Shown here piece after piece: positions 1 to 9,719 of a stretch of DNA of 37,874 nucleotides. The notes under the pieces are model-generated. The model was not told the origin of the DNA. It did no database searches and saw only the letters and a program-made list of their open reading frames with translations. The translations under genes were made by a program, and so were the position numbers. How positions within the stretch are numbered: the stretch's first letter is position 1; each line of letters opens with the position of its first letter. The DNA lies in sequence record SRR22947727_1660; one strand, written 5' to 3'.

Positions 1-180
1 CGAGGAGGGCCTGCTCATTACTCTGAAGTGTTAGCCTCTTATTTATATTATTATTCTTTTGCTGCTGGTGGTCCTAATAAAATGGGAGTTGGTGCTTCAG
101 TTGCTTTTGTAATTTTTGCCTGTATCTTAACTATTGCAATAGCAAGAGTAATTATACAAAAAAGGATTGAAAAAAATTAA
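1..180 (+). CDS. Carbohydrate ABC transporter permease (MalF/UgpA-like), 3' part only
   Basis: Frame 1 reads RGGPAHYSEVLASYLYYYSF...MGVGASVAFVIF...KRIEKN*, the typical GGP...Y/G.ASA C-terminus of CUT1 permeases; followed 2 nt later by the partner permease. Confidence 0.85.
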   Translation, partial: RGGPAHYSEVLASYLYYYSFAAGGPNKMGVGASVAFVIFACILTIAIARVIIQKRIEKN

Positions 181-182
181 TA

Positions 183-1070
183 ATGGCAACTTCATTAAAA
201 AATAATTATGGAGCAACTTTTAAGACAAGTCCTATTTTTTTTATCTTAACTCGAGTAGTGATTTTATTTTTTTTAATAATTATAATCTTTCCTTTGTTAT
301 ACACTTTTTCACTATCTGTGCGTTCACCTGAAACTGTTTATAGTGCTAAATATTTTTTAATACCATATGAATTTTCTCTACAAAATTACTATGATGCATT
401 TTTTTATGCTGAAGAAAGATTAAAAGTATCTTTCCCAAGAATGTTTTTAAATAGCATAATTGTTACAACATCATCCGTTATATTAATTATTACATTATCA
501 ATATTTGCAGCTTTTAGTTTTAGTCATTTACGCTTTCCTATGAAAGAGAGTCTGTATAATGTTATGATAGCGAGTGTTGCAATGCCAGCACAAGTATTAT
601 TAATTCCATTATTTTATTTATTAATATATTTTGGAATTATAAATACCTATACTGCTGTAATACTTGCATATGCTGGGTTTTTAATACCAATAGGTATTTT
701 AATTTTAAGAATGTTTTTTGAACAAATACCTAAAGAAATGACAGAAGCAGGGATTGTAGATGGCGCCAGTGACTTTCAACTTCTATTAAGAATATTATTA
801 CCACTTGCTAAACCTGCAATTGCTACATGTGTTATCTTATTATTTTTAGATACATGGAATGAATTTATTTATGCAATGATATTTATGCAAGATCCAACTA
901 TTCATACTGTGCCTGTAGGCTTGGCTAAAATTGGAAGTAGTAGATATCATATTAATATTGGAACCTATAGTGCTTCTGTAATGATAACGATAATTCCTGT
1001 AATGCTAATATTTGCTATTTTTCAAAGATGGTTTATCGCAGGTATGACAATGGGAGCTTTAAAACACTAA
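183..1070 (+). CDS. Carbohydrate ABC transporter permease (MalG/UgpE-like)
   Basis: EAA-type loop (EMTEAGIVDGAS), LPLAKP, WNEF motif, C-terminal QRWFIAGMTMGALK. Confidence 0.92.
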   Translation: MATSLKNNYGATFKTSPIFFILTRVVILFFLIIIIFPLLYTFSLSVRSPETVYSAKYFLIPYEFSLQNYYDAFFYAEERLKVSFPRMFLNSIIVTTSSVILIITLSIFAAFSFSHLRFPMKESLYNVMIASVAMPAQVLLIPLFYLLIYFGIINTYTAVILAYAGFLIPIGILILRMFFEQIPKEMTEAGIVDGASDFQLLLRILLPLAKPAIATCVILLFLDTWNEFIYAMIFMQDPTIHTVPVGLAKIGSSRYHINIGTYSASVMITIIPVMLIFAIFQRWFIAGMTMGALKH

Positions 1071-1077
1071 GTATTTT

Positions 1078-1929
1078 TTACAGGTTTACTTTATAAATTT
1101 TTTGAGCATTACCATTTGCGATTGCTAAAGCTTCATCTTCAGAAAGAGTAGCGAGTATATTTCTTGTAACAGAAATCCATTCTTGAATTCCTTTGCCAAG
1201 ATTTACAACAGGCCAATCACTTCCCCAAACCATTCTGTTGGGACCGAAACACTCCAACACATGATCAACGTATGGTTGAATTGTTTCTTGAGAAGAAGTT
1301 CCTGGGGCACAATAGGCCATTAGTCCAGACAGCTTACAAATCACGTTAGGTAATTCTGATAATTTTTTTATATCCTTGCCCCACTGATCTATTTCACCAG
1401 CAGCTATGGAAGGAACACCACAATGGTTTAAAACTAAATTCATTTCATCACAATTTTTGGCAAAATCATAAGCCACTGATAGTTGTGTTGGAAGATAACA
1501 AATATCAAATGGCTTTCCAGCTTTACCAATTTTTTTTACATTATTGATAAATGTTTGAACCTGAGAAGTTTCATCCGGCATAACATGCAAAATACGTCTA
1601 TAGCCCGCAGCATTCATCTCTAGAGTTTTTTCAAACCAACTATTAAATTCATTATCATCCTCAGGTCTAATAGAAACAATTAATCCTTTGATATTATTAT
1701 TAGCATCTTTAGCTAAGCCATGAACGTGTTCAGCTTCACTTTGATAATCAGGATCATCAACTCCTGTTTCCATAAATAGTGTTCCACCTACTCCAAGTCC
1801 CCCTGTAAGATTTAAATAATCTCCAACAGTAAAATTATCTTCTGCCAGTGGTGGTATATTTTTTGCCCAGCTGTAGCCAGCGACATCACGGTAAACTAAA
1901 TGTTGATGCGTATCTAATAATTTGATCAT
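1078..1929 (-). CDS. Amidohydrolase_2 family protein, probable sugar lactonase (COG3618, L-fucono-/L-rhamnono-lactonase-like)
   Basis: DTHQH, NHCGVP, KLSGL and WGSDWP motifs; next to sugar ABC genes. Confidence 0.8.
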   Translation of the reverse strand: MIKLLDTHQHLVYRDVAGYSWAKNIPPLAEDNFTVGDYLNLTGGLGVGGTLFMETGVDDPDYQSEAEHVHGLAKDANNNIKGLIVSIRPEDDNEFNSWFEKTLEMNAAGYRRILHVMPDETSQVQTFINNVKKIGKAGKPFDICYLPTQLSVAYDFAKNCDEMNLVLNHCGVPSIAAGEIDQWGKDIKKLSELPNVICKLSGLMAYCAPGTSSQETIQPYVDHVLECFGPNRMVWGSDWPVVNLGKGIQEWISVTRNILATLSEDEALAIANGNAQKIYKVNL

Positions 1930-1935
1930 ATAATT

Positions 1936-1963
1936 ATCTTAACATAAATTTTTTTTCTGTAAA
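1936..1963 (-). promoter_or_regulatory. Candidate sigma70 promoter for a leaderless amidohydrolase mRNA
   Basis: Minus strand reads TTTACA-N16-TAAGAT (extended TGn)-N6-ATG. Confidence 0.45.
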
Positions 1964-2016
1964 GATTATCTATAAGAGGTAATGTTGTGCTTTAATTAAT
2001 TAATAATATTTATTTT

Positions 2017-3000
2017 ATGAAAATTCTTTTAACAGGAGGTGCTGGATATATAGGAAGTCATGTTTTGCTCTCTATTTTAGATAATAAACATGAGGTAATT
2101 GTCATTGATGACCTTTCTACGGGAAATAAAAACCTTATTCCTGAAAATATCAAATTAATTAATGTAAATATTAATGATTCAGAGAAAATCTCTAATTTAT
2201 TATTAGAGGAAAATTTTGATCTCCTTCTTCATTTTGCTGGATTTATCAAAGTAGAAGAATCAGTTCAAAACCCTGATAAATATTTTAAAAATAACACTGA
2301 TAACGCCATTAAACTTTTTGAAACGTGCTACAAACATAATTTAAAAAATATTATATTTTCTTCAACAGCAGCAGCTTATGGAAATCCTAACAACAATGAA
2401 TCAATAACCGAAGATGAAATTCTTAACCCCCTCAACCCCTATGGAGAATCAAAAGTTAAAACAGAAGAATATTTATTAAACAATAAAGATAAATATAATT
2501 CAATTATATTAAGGTACTTTAATGTTGCTGGTGCTGATCCTGAATTACGATCAGGTCTTATTTCAGATACGCCGACACACTTAATTAAAATTCTTAGTGA
2601 AGTTGCTGTTGGAAAAAGAGAAAAAATCTCAATATTTGGCAATGATTATAACACTAAAGATGGAACAGCAATTAGGGATTATATTCATGTGAGTGATTTA
2701 GCTAGTATTCATTTAGAGGCAGCAAAATATTTATTAGAAAAAAAAATTAGTAATATTTTTAATTGTGGATACGGAAAAGGATATTCAGTTTTAGAAGTAA
2801 TTAATACCGCTAATGAAATATATAATAATAAAATAATGTTTGAATATGATAAAAGGAGGGCTGGAGATTCTGAAAAATTAATTTCTAATGTTGATAAACT
2901 ACATGAGCATATAGATTGGAAACCAAAATTTGATGATTTAAAACTGATTATTAAAACAGCTGTTGATTGGGAAAAAAAAATAAATGAAAAAAATTTATAA
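2017..3000 (+). CDS. galE: UDP-glucose 4-epimerase
   Basis: TGGAGYIGSH, HFAG..KVEESV, FSSTAA, YGESK (YxxxK), LRYFNVAGA, DGTAIRDYIHV. Confidence 0.95.
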   Translation: MKILLTGGAGYIGSHVLLSILDNKHEVIVIDDLSTGNKNLIPENIKLINVNINDSEKISNLLLEENFDLLLHFAGFIKVEESVQNPDKYFKNNTDNAIKLFETCYKHNLKNIIFSSTAAAYGNPNNNESITEDEILNPLNPYGESKVKTEEYLLNNKDKYNSIILRYFNVAGADPELRSGLISDTPTHLIKILSEVAVGKREKISIFGNDYNTKDGTAIRDYIHVSDLASIHLEAAKYLLEKKISNIFNCGYGKGYSVLEVINTANEIYNNKIMFEYDKRRAGDSEKLISNVDKLHEHIDWKPKFDDLKLIIKTAVDWEKKINEKNL

Positions 3001-4033
3001 AAGAGAGTTTGAAAGAAATGATAAAAGACATTTGCTTCTCTTTGGATATGAAGAACATAATGAAAAAGCTGCTAAAGAACTTGAAATAACACCATCACCT
3101 AGTCCACACATGCGATGGAATCCTTCTCGACAAGAATGGGTAACTTATTCTGCTACGCGACAAGTAAGAACTGCTTTTCCCCCAAAAGAATATTGTCCTC
3201 TATGTCCTGGAGCGGAATTAAATTTTCCAACTGAAATTCCTTTTAAAAATTTTGAGGTTGCCATCTTTCCAAATAGATGGGCGAGTTTTAATACAAATGA
3301 AGATCAGACCTTAATTGATGGATTAAGTGTTAAACCCTCGAACGGAGACTGTGAAGTAGTAGTATATTCTTCTAATCATTTAGATACTATAGCTCAAATG
3401 CCCATAGAAAGAATTGAGCTTCTTTTTAATGCATGGTCAGATCGCTATGAACAATTACTTAAAAGAGATGATATTTTATATGTTATGCCATTTGAAAATA
3501 GAGGGGAAGAGTGTGGCGTTACACTTCATCATCCTCATGGTCAAATCTATGCCTTTCCTTTTATCCCACCAGTTATTCAAAAAGAAGTTGATGCTTTTAA
3601 TAAAGAAAATTTTATTTTGAAATTAATGAATGATCTAGAAACAAAATATTTTGTTTATCAGGATGATAACGTTATTGCGGCCGTTCCTCCTTTTGCAAGA
3701 TACGCCTATGAAATATGGATTATTCCAAAAAGACAACTTGCAGGCCCTTGGCAATTTACAGATGAAGAATATAATTCTTTTGCTATGGCTCTTCAAAAAG
3801 TAGTTAAGGGATATGATGATTTTCTAGGAAGAAGGTGTCCTTATATTATGGGCTTACATGCAGCACCTAAACTTGATGATAAAAATTTTCATTTTCATAT
3901 AGAATTTTATCCACCCTTAAGACACGGTGATAAACCAAAAGTTTTAGCAGGTTCTGAGTCTATGGCAGGAGTATTTATAATGGATGTTTTACCCGAAGAA
4001 ACTGCTATAGAACTTAGAAAGTATATGTCATGA
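2984..4033 (+). CDS. galT: Galactose-1-phosphate uridylyltransferase (GalT/HIT family)
   Basis: RWNP..EWV, CPLCPG, FENRG..GVTLHHPHGQ active site, HFHIEFYPP; overlaps galE. Confidence 0.9.
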   Translation: MKKIYKREFERNDKRHLLLFGYEEHNEKAAKELEITPSPSPHMRWNPSRQEWVTYSATRQVRTAFPPKEYCPLCPGAELNFPTEIPFKNFEVAIFPNRWASFNTNEDQTLIDGLSVKPSNGDCEVVVYSSNHLDTIAQMPIERIELLFNAWSDRYEQLLKRDDILYVMPFENRGEECGVTLHHPHGQIYAFPFIPPVIQKEVDAFNKENFILKLMNDLETKYFVYQDDNVIAAVPPFARYAYEIWIIPKRQLAGPWQFTDEEYNSFAMALQKVVKGYDDFLGRRCPYIMGLHAAPKLDDKNFHFHIEFYPPLRHGDKPKVLAGSESMAGVFIMDVLPEETAIELRKYMS

Positions 4034-4452
4034 CATTAATTGTAGAAAAAATAAATTTTTTTAAGGAAAATTTAGAATTATTTGATGATGATATGGACAA
4101 ATATAAATATTTACTTGATCAAGCTAAGAACGCTAAAACATTTCCTGAGGAATTTAGGCAAGAAAGTTTTAAAGTAGATGGATGCCAAGCACAAGTTTGG
4201 CTTGTTCCCTTCACTGAAGAAGAAAAACTATATTTTCACTCTGATTCAGATGCGTTTATTTCCAAAGGAATGGTCACAATATTATGTGAAATCTACGGAG
4301 GAAGAAAGCCAGATGAAATAGCCAATGCAAATTTTGAGCTTTTATCAGCTTTAAGCTTAGATACATTATTGACGCCTGGTAGAAGGAATGGTGTTTATTC
4401 AATGTTAATGAAAATTAAAGAATATGGAACTGTTTACAGTAAATCAAAATAA
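4030..4452 (+). CDS. sufE: SufE family Fe-S sulfur-acceptor protein
   Basis: KVDGCQAQVW, SDSDAFISKG, LTPGRRNG. Confidence 0.9.
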   Translation: MTLIVEKINFFKENLELFDDDMDKYKYLLDQAKNAKTFPEEFRQESFKVDGCQAQVWLVPFTEEEKLYFHSDSDAFISKGMVTILCEIYGGRKPDEIANANFELLSALSLDTLLTPGRRNGVYSMLMKIKEYGTVYSKSK

Positions 4453-4512
4453 TACTTTCAGCTAAATATTTATTCTCTTTTATAATTTTTTCTATATCAG
4501 TTTTTTTATTAT

Positions 4513-6678
4513 ATGATTGAACATAAAAATATAAAAATCAATTCAAACTTATTTAATTTTATTAACGAAAAAGTTTTAAATGGCTTGAGTATTAGCAGTG
4601 AACATTTCTGGAATGGCTTTTCTAATATTGTTGATATTTATTATAAAAAAAATAATGATCTCTTAGATCATCGTAAAAGTTTACAATCCAAAATAAATGA
4701 TTGGCATGTTGCGCATAGGTCAAAAGATATTAATCTAGAAGAATATAAAAAATTTTTAAAAGAAATAAAATATATTGTTAACGAAGGACCAGAATTTAAA
4801 ATAACAACTTCAAATGTTGATAAGGAAATATCAACTATATGTGGACCACAACTTGTGGTGCCCATTACAAATGCTAGATTCGCCCTAAATGCTGTAAATG
4901 CAAGATGGGGAAGTTTTTATGATTCATTATATGGAACTGATGCATTAGGAGATATGCCTGAGGGTAATAGCTATGACTCTGAAAGAGGTGCAAGAGTTGT
5001 GACATTTGCAAAATCTCATTTAGATAAATTTGCACCCCTTTTAAATACATCGTGGAAAGAAATTAATAAAATTCAATTAATTGATAATAAAATTATTTTA
5101 AGTAGCCCAAATAATTCTAACATAAATTTTAAAAATAATGATCAGATTATTGGATGGAGACTTAATCAAGAGTCAGCACTTTCAGAATTAATTTTATCAA
5201 AAAATAATCTTCATTGTAGAATTTTAATAAACGCTAATGATGCCATTGGAAAAAACGATCCTGCTAATATAGCTGATGTTTTAGTTGAATCAGCAATCTC
5301 TACTATTCTTGATTGTGAAGATAGTGTCGCAACTGTAGATGCTGATGATAAAATTTTAGCTTATAGAAATTGGCTAGGTCTAGTCAAAGGAGATCTGCAA
5401 GCAGAGTTTAAGAAAAATAATCAAGTTTTTACAAGAACATTAAATGAAGATGTAAAATTTATGACAAATAAAGGATCTGAAGAATTTTTAAAAACACGCT
5501 CCTTAATGTTAATCAGAAATGTGGGTCATCTAATGACTACACCAGCAATATTGACAAAAGATAACCAAGAAATTGGCGAGGGTATTATGGATGCAATTAT
5601 TACTACTTTAATTGCAACTTACGATTTTAAAAAACTGGCAAATAAAAACTCAGAACACCAATCTATTTATATTGTGAAACCAAAAATGCATGGTCCTGAA
5701 GAAGTTAGCTTTACAAACGATCTCTTTTCAGCAGTTGAAAATTTATTAGACCTGCCAAATAGTACAATAAAAATTGGTATTATGGATGAGGAAAGAAGGA
5801 CAAGTATTAATTTAAAAGAATGTATACGTGCAGCAAAATCAAGGGTGGCATTTATTAATACAGGATTTTTAGATAGAACGGGTGATGAAATACATACCGC
5901 GATGCAAGCTGGTTCCTTTTTAAAAAAAGCTGATATGAAAAATGCACCGTGGATTTCATCGTATGAGAATAGAAATGTCAAAATTGGTTTGGATTGCGGT
6001 TTGCAAGGTAGGGCGCAAATAGGCAAAGGGATGTGGGCAATGCCAGACTTAATGGGTGAAATGATGAAACAAAAAATTAGTCACCCCAAATCTGGTGCTA
6101 ACTGTGCGTGGGTGCCAAGTCCAACTGCCGCTACCTTACATGCACTTCATTATCATGAAGTAGATGTTAAAGAAATTCAAAAGAATATTCTTGAAAATGA
6201 ATTAACTGGATCATTGGATGACTTACTGACCTTACCTTTACTTAAGGGACAAAATTTATCAGAAGAAGAAATAATGCGTGAAGTTGAAAATAATACACAA
6301 GGTATTTTAGGATATGTTGTTCGTTGGGTTGATCAAGGAATAGGTTGTTCAAAAGTGTTAGACATAAATAACATTGGTTTAATGGAAGATAGAGCAACTT
6401 GTAGAATTTCATCTCAAGCTCTAGCAAACTGGATTGAGCATGAAATAGTTTCTAAAGATCAAATATTGAAAGCATTTAATAAGATGGCAAAAGTAGTAGA
6501 TGAGCAAAATGCCAATGATGCAAACTATATTCCTATGACTAATAATGATGATTCTATTGCATTTAAGGCTGCAAAAGATCTTGTTTTTGATGGTGTAAAT
6601 CAACCATCTGGTTATACAGAGCCTATTTTACATCGTAGAAGATTAGAATTTAAATCTATAAATGGACTAAAAGAATAA
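4513..6678 (+). CDS. glcB: Malate synthase G
   Basis: GPQLVVP, NARWGS.YD, DCEDSVA, RNVGHLM, KPKMHGP, MDEERRT, MEDRAT, C-terminal GYTEPILH. Confidence 0.97.
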   Translation: MIEHKNIKINSNLFNFINEKVLNGLSISSEHFWNGFSNIVDIYYKKNNDLLDHRKSLQSKINDWHVAHRSKDINLEEYKKFLKEIKYIVNEGPEFKITTSNVDKEISTICGPQLVVPITNARFALNAVNARWGSFYDSLYGTDALGDMPEGNSYDSERGARVVTFAKSHLDKFAPLLNTSWKEINKIQLIDNKIILSSPNNSNINFKNNDQIIGWRLNQESALSELILSKNNLHCRILINANDAIGKNDPANIADVLVESAISTILDCEDSVATVDADDKILAYRNWLGLVKGDLQAEFKKNNQVFTRTLNEDVKFMTNKGSEEFLKTRSLMLIRNVGHLMTTPAILTKDNQEIGEGIMDAIITTLIATYDFKKLANKNSEHQSIYIVKPKMHGPEEVSFTNDLFSAVENLLDLPNSTIKIGIMDEERRTSINLKECIRAAKSRVAFINTGFLDRTGDEIHTAMQAGSFLKKADMKNAPWISSYENRNVKIGLDCGLQGRAQIGKGMWAMPDLMGEMMKQKISHPKSGANCAWVPSPTAATLHALHYHEVDVKEIQKNILENELTGSLDDLLTLPLLKGQNLSEEEIMREVENNTQGILGYVVRWVDQGIGCSKVLDINNIGLMEDRATCRISSQALANWIEHEIVSKDQILKAFNKMAKVVDEQNANDANYIPMTNNDDSIAFKAAKDLVFDGVNQPSGYTEPILHRRRLEFKSINGLKE

Positions 6679-6683
6679 ATCAA

Positions 6684-7523
6684 TTGTCCAATTTTGAAGT
6701 TAAAAAAATTACACCTTCAATAGGAGCTGAAATTATTGGTGAAAATATTTTTGATGACTTAAATTCATCTTTGTGTAATCAAATTTATGATACCTTAATT
6801 AAAAACAAAGTTATTTTTTTTCGAAATCAAAATTTATCAAATGATCAACATATTAAATTTGCAAAAAGTTTTGGTGAGATTGAGCCTCCTCATCCAGTCT
6901 ATCCTCATGTAGATAATTATCCTGAAATAGTCTTATTAGAAAATGATGAAAAGCGACCTCCAGACACAGATGTATGGCACACGGATGTTACTTTTAGAGC
7001 AAATCCTCCTTTTGCATCAATTTTGTATAGTAAAATAATTCCAACCAGTGGTGGTGATACTTTATGGTCATGTTTATCTTCAATCTTTGAGGCATTACCA
7101 ATAGAAATAAAAAGTTATTTAGAAACTTTAAATGCCGTTCATGATATGGGGGATTTTAGAAATACTTTTGTAAATAATGAACCTATTGGATCTGCTGATA
7201 AACTTAATGAAGGATTTAAAAAATTTGGTAGCTCGATTCATCCAATTGTTAAAACGCATCCTGTAACAAAGAAAAAATTTATTTATGTTAATCCTGGATT
7301 CACCAATCACATAGTGGGATTAAATTCATCGGATTCAAATAATTTATTAAATTATCTTTTTACATTTATGAATAAACCAGAATTTCAAATTCGTTTTAAA
7401 TGGACGAAAAATACAATCGCAATGTGGGATAATAGATGTACGATGCATTATGCAGTCGGTGATTATATTCCACAACACAGAAAAATGCATCGAATTACAG
7501 TATTGAACGATAAGAGAGAATAA
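6684..7523 (+). CDS. tauD: TauD-like 2-oxoglutarate/Fe(II) dioxygenase (TTG start)
   Basis: HPVYPH, WHTDVTF (HxD), GGDTLW, WDNRCTMH, MHRITV; closely follows the E. coli TauD pattern. Confidence 0.85.
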   Translation: MSNFEVKKITPSIGAEIIGENIFDDLNSSLCNQIYDTLIKNKVIFFRNQNLSNDQHIKFAKSFGEIEPPHPVYPHVDNYPEIVLLENDEKRPPDTDVWHTDVTFRANPPFASILYSKIIPTSGGDTLWSCLSSIFEALPIEIKSYLETLNAVHDMGDFRNTFVNNEPIGSADKLNEGFKKFGSSIHPIVKTHPVTKKKFIYVNPGFTNHIVGLNSSDSNNLLNYLFTFMNKPEFQIRFKWTKNTIAMWDNRCTMHYAVGDYIPQHRKMHRITVLNDKRE

Positions 7524-7649
7524 TCTCAATTAATAAAAATTGTTAAAAAATAAAAATTAAAAATACTACAATCTACTTGATAAAATAAGGAAAGTATTAC
7601 TTTTGACTAAAAAAGAAGTATCATCAATTTAATACCAAAGGAGGTTTGT

Positions 7650-7721
7650 ATGAATAATAAATGGACTTGGATTATAGCAGCAGTTGTCGTAATTGTAGTA
7701 CTTTATTTTGTATTGTCTTAA
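7650..7721 (+). CDS. 23-aa single-transmembrane small protein MNNKWTWIIAAVVVIVVLYFVLS
   Basis: SD AAAGGAGGT at 7637-7645, ATG at 7650, hydrophobic helix, downstream hairpin; fills an otherwise empty 260-nt gap. Confidence 0.7.
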   Translation: MNNKWTWIIAAVVVIVVLYFVLS

Positions 7722-7743
7722 TATTCAAAACAAACACATTAAC

Positions 7744-7771
7744 ACCTCTCTTTTATTATATAAGGAGAGGT
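7744..7771. terminator. Stem-loop between the small ORF and the convergent CIA30 gene (possible terminator or stabiliser)
   Basis: ACCTCTCTTT ... AAGGAGAGGT, a 10-bp stem with one G-U pair; no clear U tail. Confidence 0.5.
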
Positions 7772-7783
7772 TGATTACAAATT

Positions 7784-8335
7784 CTAATCGTAAAAACTTA
7801 TTTCTGAAACAGAAACATCAGAATAAAAATCTCTTCCATAAGCAACAATCCCAAATGTTCTAATATCATTGCCGTCTAATGATTTATTTAAATATCTGTG
7901 TTTAAATTTAGTAAAAGGCAAATCAACTATTTCCCAATTATTATTTGCAGTAAACGTAGCTGAGTAAAAATCTCTATAAGATCTGTCTTCACTTGTTCTA
8001 ATGAATATATGATAAGTTTCCCCATTTCCTTTAGCATTAAGACGAACACCTAAGAGATTTTTATCACTTTTAATTAAATCAACAAAAGAAAAGGTTGTAC
8101 GAATTTGTATGAAGCCTCCATTATTAGCAGTACTTACATTACCCGTGAGTCTAGCAAATAACATATCTCCATCTTTATCAAGAATAGCTTGACCATTGGA
8201 TATGCCGCCCATTGTTTGATCACTTATATATTGCCAATATCTTGCATTTTCCTCAGTAAAAGGAATGCTTATGTCATCTTTAGCAAAAGCTATTGATGAG
8301 AAGATTACTGACATAGTAACTAAAAGTTTAATCAT
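7784..8335 (-). CDS. CIA30 family protein (complex I intermediate-associated protein 30-like) with signal peptide
   Basis: W..ISDQTMGGIS.G, L.GNVSTANNGGFIQ, KGNG..Y, W..V.LPF..F; N-terminal signal ending AFA. Confidence 0.85.
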   Translation of the reverse strand: MIKLLVTMSVIFSSIAFAKDDISIPFTEENARYWQYISDQTMGGISNGQAILDKDGDMLFARLTGNVSTANNGGFIQIRTTFSFVDLIKSDKNLLGVRLNAKGNGETYHIFIRTSEDRSYRDFYSATFTANNNWEIVDLPFTKFKHRYLNKSLDGNDIRTFGIVAYGRDFYSDVSVSEISFYD

Positions 8336-8388
8336 ATAAAATAAATAAGTTTAAAATCAAAAAACATAAAGTAAAAATTTATTTAGCC

Positions 8389-9588
8389 TTATATTAACTC
8401 TATTTTTGTATTCCTATCCTTCTCACTATTTTGCATTATTAAAAGCATTAATATAGAAATTGCAAACATAATAATGCCAAGCAAGTACATATTAAACGTT
8501 AACCCAAATGTTTCAGCTGAAAGACCAACTAAAGCGGGCCCAAATATAACCCCTGTAAAAGCAATGCTTGATACATGAGATATAGTAACTGGTATTGGAA
8601 GTTGGGAATGTTTTACTGATTGTCGATATACAATTGGCATAACATTAGAAATTAAAAATCCAAAAGTAAAGACTGCTAAATAAATGATATATATATTTTG
8701 AGACACAATACTTATGAATAGTATTATTGAACCAAGCATAGCAAAATAAGGTCCAACTATTTTTTCGTTAAATCTTTTTATTAATTTAGAACCTAGAAGA
8801 TTGCTCGCTATTTCACCAACGTTAAATAGAATTACTATGGAGCCCACCATATAAAGTGGCGCAAATAAATCTCTTACTAACCAAAGAGGAGACCACTGAA
8901 CTATGATTCCCATACAAGCAAAAATAAACATATTAATAGAAGCAAATGTGATAATTTTTAAATTAGGCAGCAAAAAACGAGGATTGTCATTTTTAATGTC
9001 ATATTTTTTTTTGAGACCATAAAAAAACATTGTTACAGTTGAAATAAACACAAAGAATCCAGTGAAAAATGTTGTGTAAATAGGAGAAATTTCTAACCCC
9101 ATACAAATACTGCTTATTCCTCCTCCAATAATAAAACCAATTGAAAATGAAGATTTGAAAACTGGGTTAAGAATCTTTTTGGTATTTTCTTCGATAATAG
9201 CAACTTGTGTAAAAATATTTGGTGCCTGTATTCCTATAGCAACCCCCCAACACATTGATAACAAAATATAAATATTATAAGAAGAAAAATAAAAAATTAA
9301 AAAAGGAATAAATGAGTACATTAATCTTGCTAAAATTAAACAATTTGTACTACCTAGTTTTGGTAATAAATAACGTGTTGTTAATTGATTAGTTAATACA
9401 TTTAATAATCCAAAAAGCACAAAGCCTATTGAAAATTCTATTTCAGACATTTGAATTAATTCAAATAGAATCGGCGTGTGCACTAAATAGGTACTAAATG
9501 TTAATGTCGCAAACAATCCCTGGGAAAAAGTAGCAATGAATGAAATATTCAATTCCTTTAAATTAATTTCATTCATTTCATTTTGCAT
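8389..9588 (-). CDS. MFS transporter
   Basis: About 12 hydrophobic segments, QWSPLWL, G...GPALVG; substrate unknown. Confidence 0.8.
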   Translation of the reverse strand: MQNEMNEINLKELNISFIATFSQGLFATLTFSTYLVHTPILFELIQMSEIEFSIGFVLFGLLNVLTNQLTTRYLLPKLGSTNCLILARLMYSFIPFLIFYFSSYNIYILLSMCWGVAIGIQAPNIFTQVAIIEENTKKILNPVFKSSFSIGFIIGGGISSICMGLEISPIYTTFFTGFFVFISTVTMFFYGLKKKYDIKNDNPRFLLPNLKIITFASINMFIFACMGIIVQWSPLWLVRDLFAPLYMVGSIVILFNVGEIASNLLGSKLIKRFNEKIVGPYFAMLGSIILFISIVSQNIYIIYLAVFTFGFLISNVMPIVYRQSVKHSQLPIPVTISHVSSIAFTGVIFGPALVGLSAETFGLTFNMYLLGIIMFAISILMLLIMQNSEKDRNTKIELI

Positions 9589-9719
9589 TTTTAATATGTA
9601 GTGTTTTATAATTGTTAAATATTTTTAGCGGCGCATAATTGTTACATCTAAAAAATATTTCTTAGATTTACATTATAGACTTCGGTTTAAATACAGAGTA
9701 ATACTTTAAAAAACAATAA

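Noticed and set aside
4453-4512. Glycine riboswitch upstream of glcB (as known in Pelagibacter)
   Set aside because: Only 60 nt of unstructured AT-rich sequence, with no GGAGA/CAGG/CTCT aptamer elements
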